A stretch of DNA of 64,000 nucleotides from the human T2T-CHM13v2.0 reference genome, Homo sapiens. Below are positions 61,938-64,000 of the stretch, in pieces. The number at the start of each line of letters is the position of its first letter. Within the stretch, counting starts at the first letter, position 1. A program made the position numbers and the translations under genes. The notes beneath the pieces are model-generated. The model was not told the origin of the DNA and did no database searches. It saw only the letters and a program-made list of their open reading frames with translations. Location: assembly GCF_009914755.1 (NCBI RefSeq), contig NC_060946.1; one strand, written 5' to 3'.

Positions 61938-63065
61938 CTATTGCTCTGTCAGCCTGAAAATGGGATGATGTACAGGAAAATACCCAGCAGAGGACCTTAC
62001 AGAATCGAGCTGCTGGTTCATTCTGAATCAAGAAGGAAGAAATATTTCATTATGTGACAGGTGGAATAAAGGCCTGATCACAGTGAGTGAGCTCGAGACG
62101 CTAGTCCTTTACCACATGGCATCAGTTGTGATTTTCTCTCCTTTATAACGGCTGGTTTTGGAGGGTGGGACTTATGTATATATACAATGTAAGGGCAACA
62201 CACACACTCTGGGACACAATGTACAATAAGTAATAGCAGCACATTAATAATAACAGGGGATGAGAAAGGGGAGTTTCAGCAGTGCTATTATGCCTCTGAA
62301 TAAGATGTTGATCATTGCTTGCTATTTTCTCTTCAAACATGTTATTTAGCCAGTAGTGAGCAGATTTAAAACCCACTGGGGTTCTTGAATTCAGCCTGGC
62401 TGAGTGGTTAAATCCAATGAAAATATTCTAGTTAGATGAGTTTTTAGCCAAGGGAGTTGAGTATACAAAAGCATACATAACCGGTCAGTTTGTAAGACGT
62501 CCATCTTTCAAAAATGATAATAGGAATGATGATGATGATGACAAAAGTAATAAGAATGCATGTGCAGCATTTTCTCATTTTCAATGAAATTTTCCATCTA
62601 TTATTTCATTGGATGCTTGAAATAAGTTTGTGAATTAAGCAAGTAAGGGATTCATACCTCTATTTTACACATAGGAAACTAAGACTTAGAAACATCATTG
62701 TCTCAAATTGCACTGCTAGTAAGTGGGAGAGTTAAAATTTGCCCCTTCTGACCTTCAGGAAAATCACTGTCATAATGTGGAGGGCCTTCTAACACCAGTA
62801 CCTAATGCTGGAACTTTATCATGGGAAACAGATGGAATTAAGAGACTGTGAAGCATCACGTACTGTTCTCAGCAAGAAAATTCACATTTTGATACCTTTG
62901 TGCACCTTTTCCTAAAATCAGCTTGGTGAAATGGTACAACCAGGGATGAAAACTTGAAATGTTTCCAAGTTTCCTATCCAAAGTAACTTTGTTTAGAAAT
63001 AAATAAAGTTATTTTGTTGACCTGGCTTGTTTTCCATGCTTCAGTTAGAAGACAGAGAGAATCTG

Positions 63066-63455
<390 letters not shown>

Positions 63456-63579
63456 TCACATGGCTGGGAATAAAATGACACAAATCCATTGGACTGGCCT
63501 CTGACTTTAGTACTTCCATTTTCTATCCCATCACCTTCACAGTCAGCACCTGCCTAGAGCGTGGGGTCACCCCAATTGT

Positions 63580-63790
63580 GTCAGTTTCTAATATGAAGGG
63601 CAATTTTGCCCCCAAAGGACCCTTGGCAATACTTGGAGACACTTTTGGTTGTCATGACTTGGGCACTGGGGTGCTACCGGATCCAGGGGGCAGAGGCAAG
63701 GAATGCCACTCAACATCCTCAGACAGGACAGCCCCCGCAACAAAAAACTATCTGGCCCAGAACATCATGAGTGCTAAGGTTGAGGCACCT
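63580..63790 (+). mobile_element. MER20
   Basis: aattttgcccccaaagga...ttggcaatacttggagacacttttggttgtcatgact...caggacagccccc...ctatctggccca...gtgctaaggttgag. Confidence 0.85.
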
Positions 63791-64000
63791 TGCTCAGAAG
63801 TACCAGCTGAAACTCAGAAAAAAATGGATGTGGATGAAAAGTCTTTGTCCTGGTACATGAGAGTACACATTTTGTCTAAGTTTTGACCTAATGGAAAACA
63901 TTGCATTATCTGGAAGTAGGAAAGACCTTGAAAGAGGAAAAAAAAAAAGATGAGTTTGAAGTCCTCAGAATCCTTAAAGAAAGAAAAGTGACAACTCTTT

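Overview
Primate (human-like) genomic DNA, almost entirely intronic. One protein-coding exon is recognisable. It lies on the minus strand at 46279-46450 (172 nt, AG...GT flanks) and translates [58 protein letters not shown] recognise this as an internal exon of LARGE1 carrying the DxD (DTD) motif of the GT8 xylosyltransferase domain. The supplied ORF track misses it, and none of the listed ORFs looks like a real gene: most are Alu/L1/LTR or simple-repeat read-throughs. The rest of the window is about 34 Alus, MaLR/ERV1/ERVL solo LTRs, L1, L2 and MIR fragments, hAT and Tigger DNA-transposon fossils, and microsatellites. I found no convincing new gene or multi-gene system. The most interesting structure surrounds the exon: (1) a sense-oriented LTR12 (ERV9) promoter about 1.5 kb upstream with intact CCAAT repeats and a weakened poly(A) signal; (2) a CRISPR-lookalike composite minisatellite between that LTR and the exon; (3) a clean switch of Alu orientation across the exon, which would favour circRNA formation or skipping. 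Also notable are a twin-primed 5'-inverted L1PA, several nested insertions, G4/Z-DNA motifs and a hairpin cluster. Repeat subfamily names were assigned by eye from remembered consensus sequences, and boundaries without a TSD are approximate.
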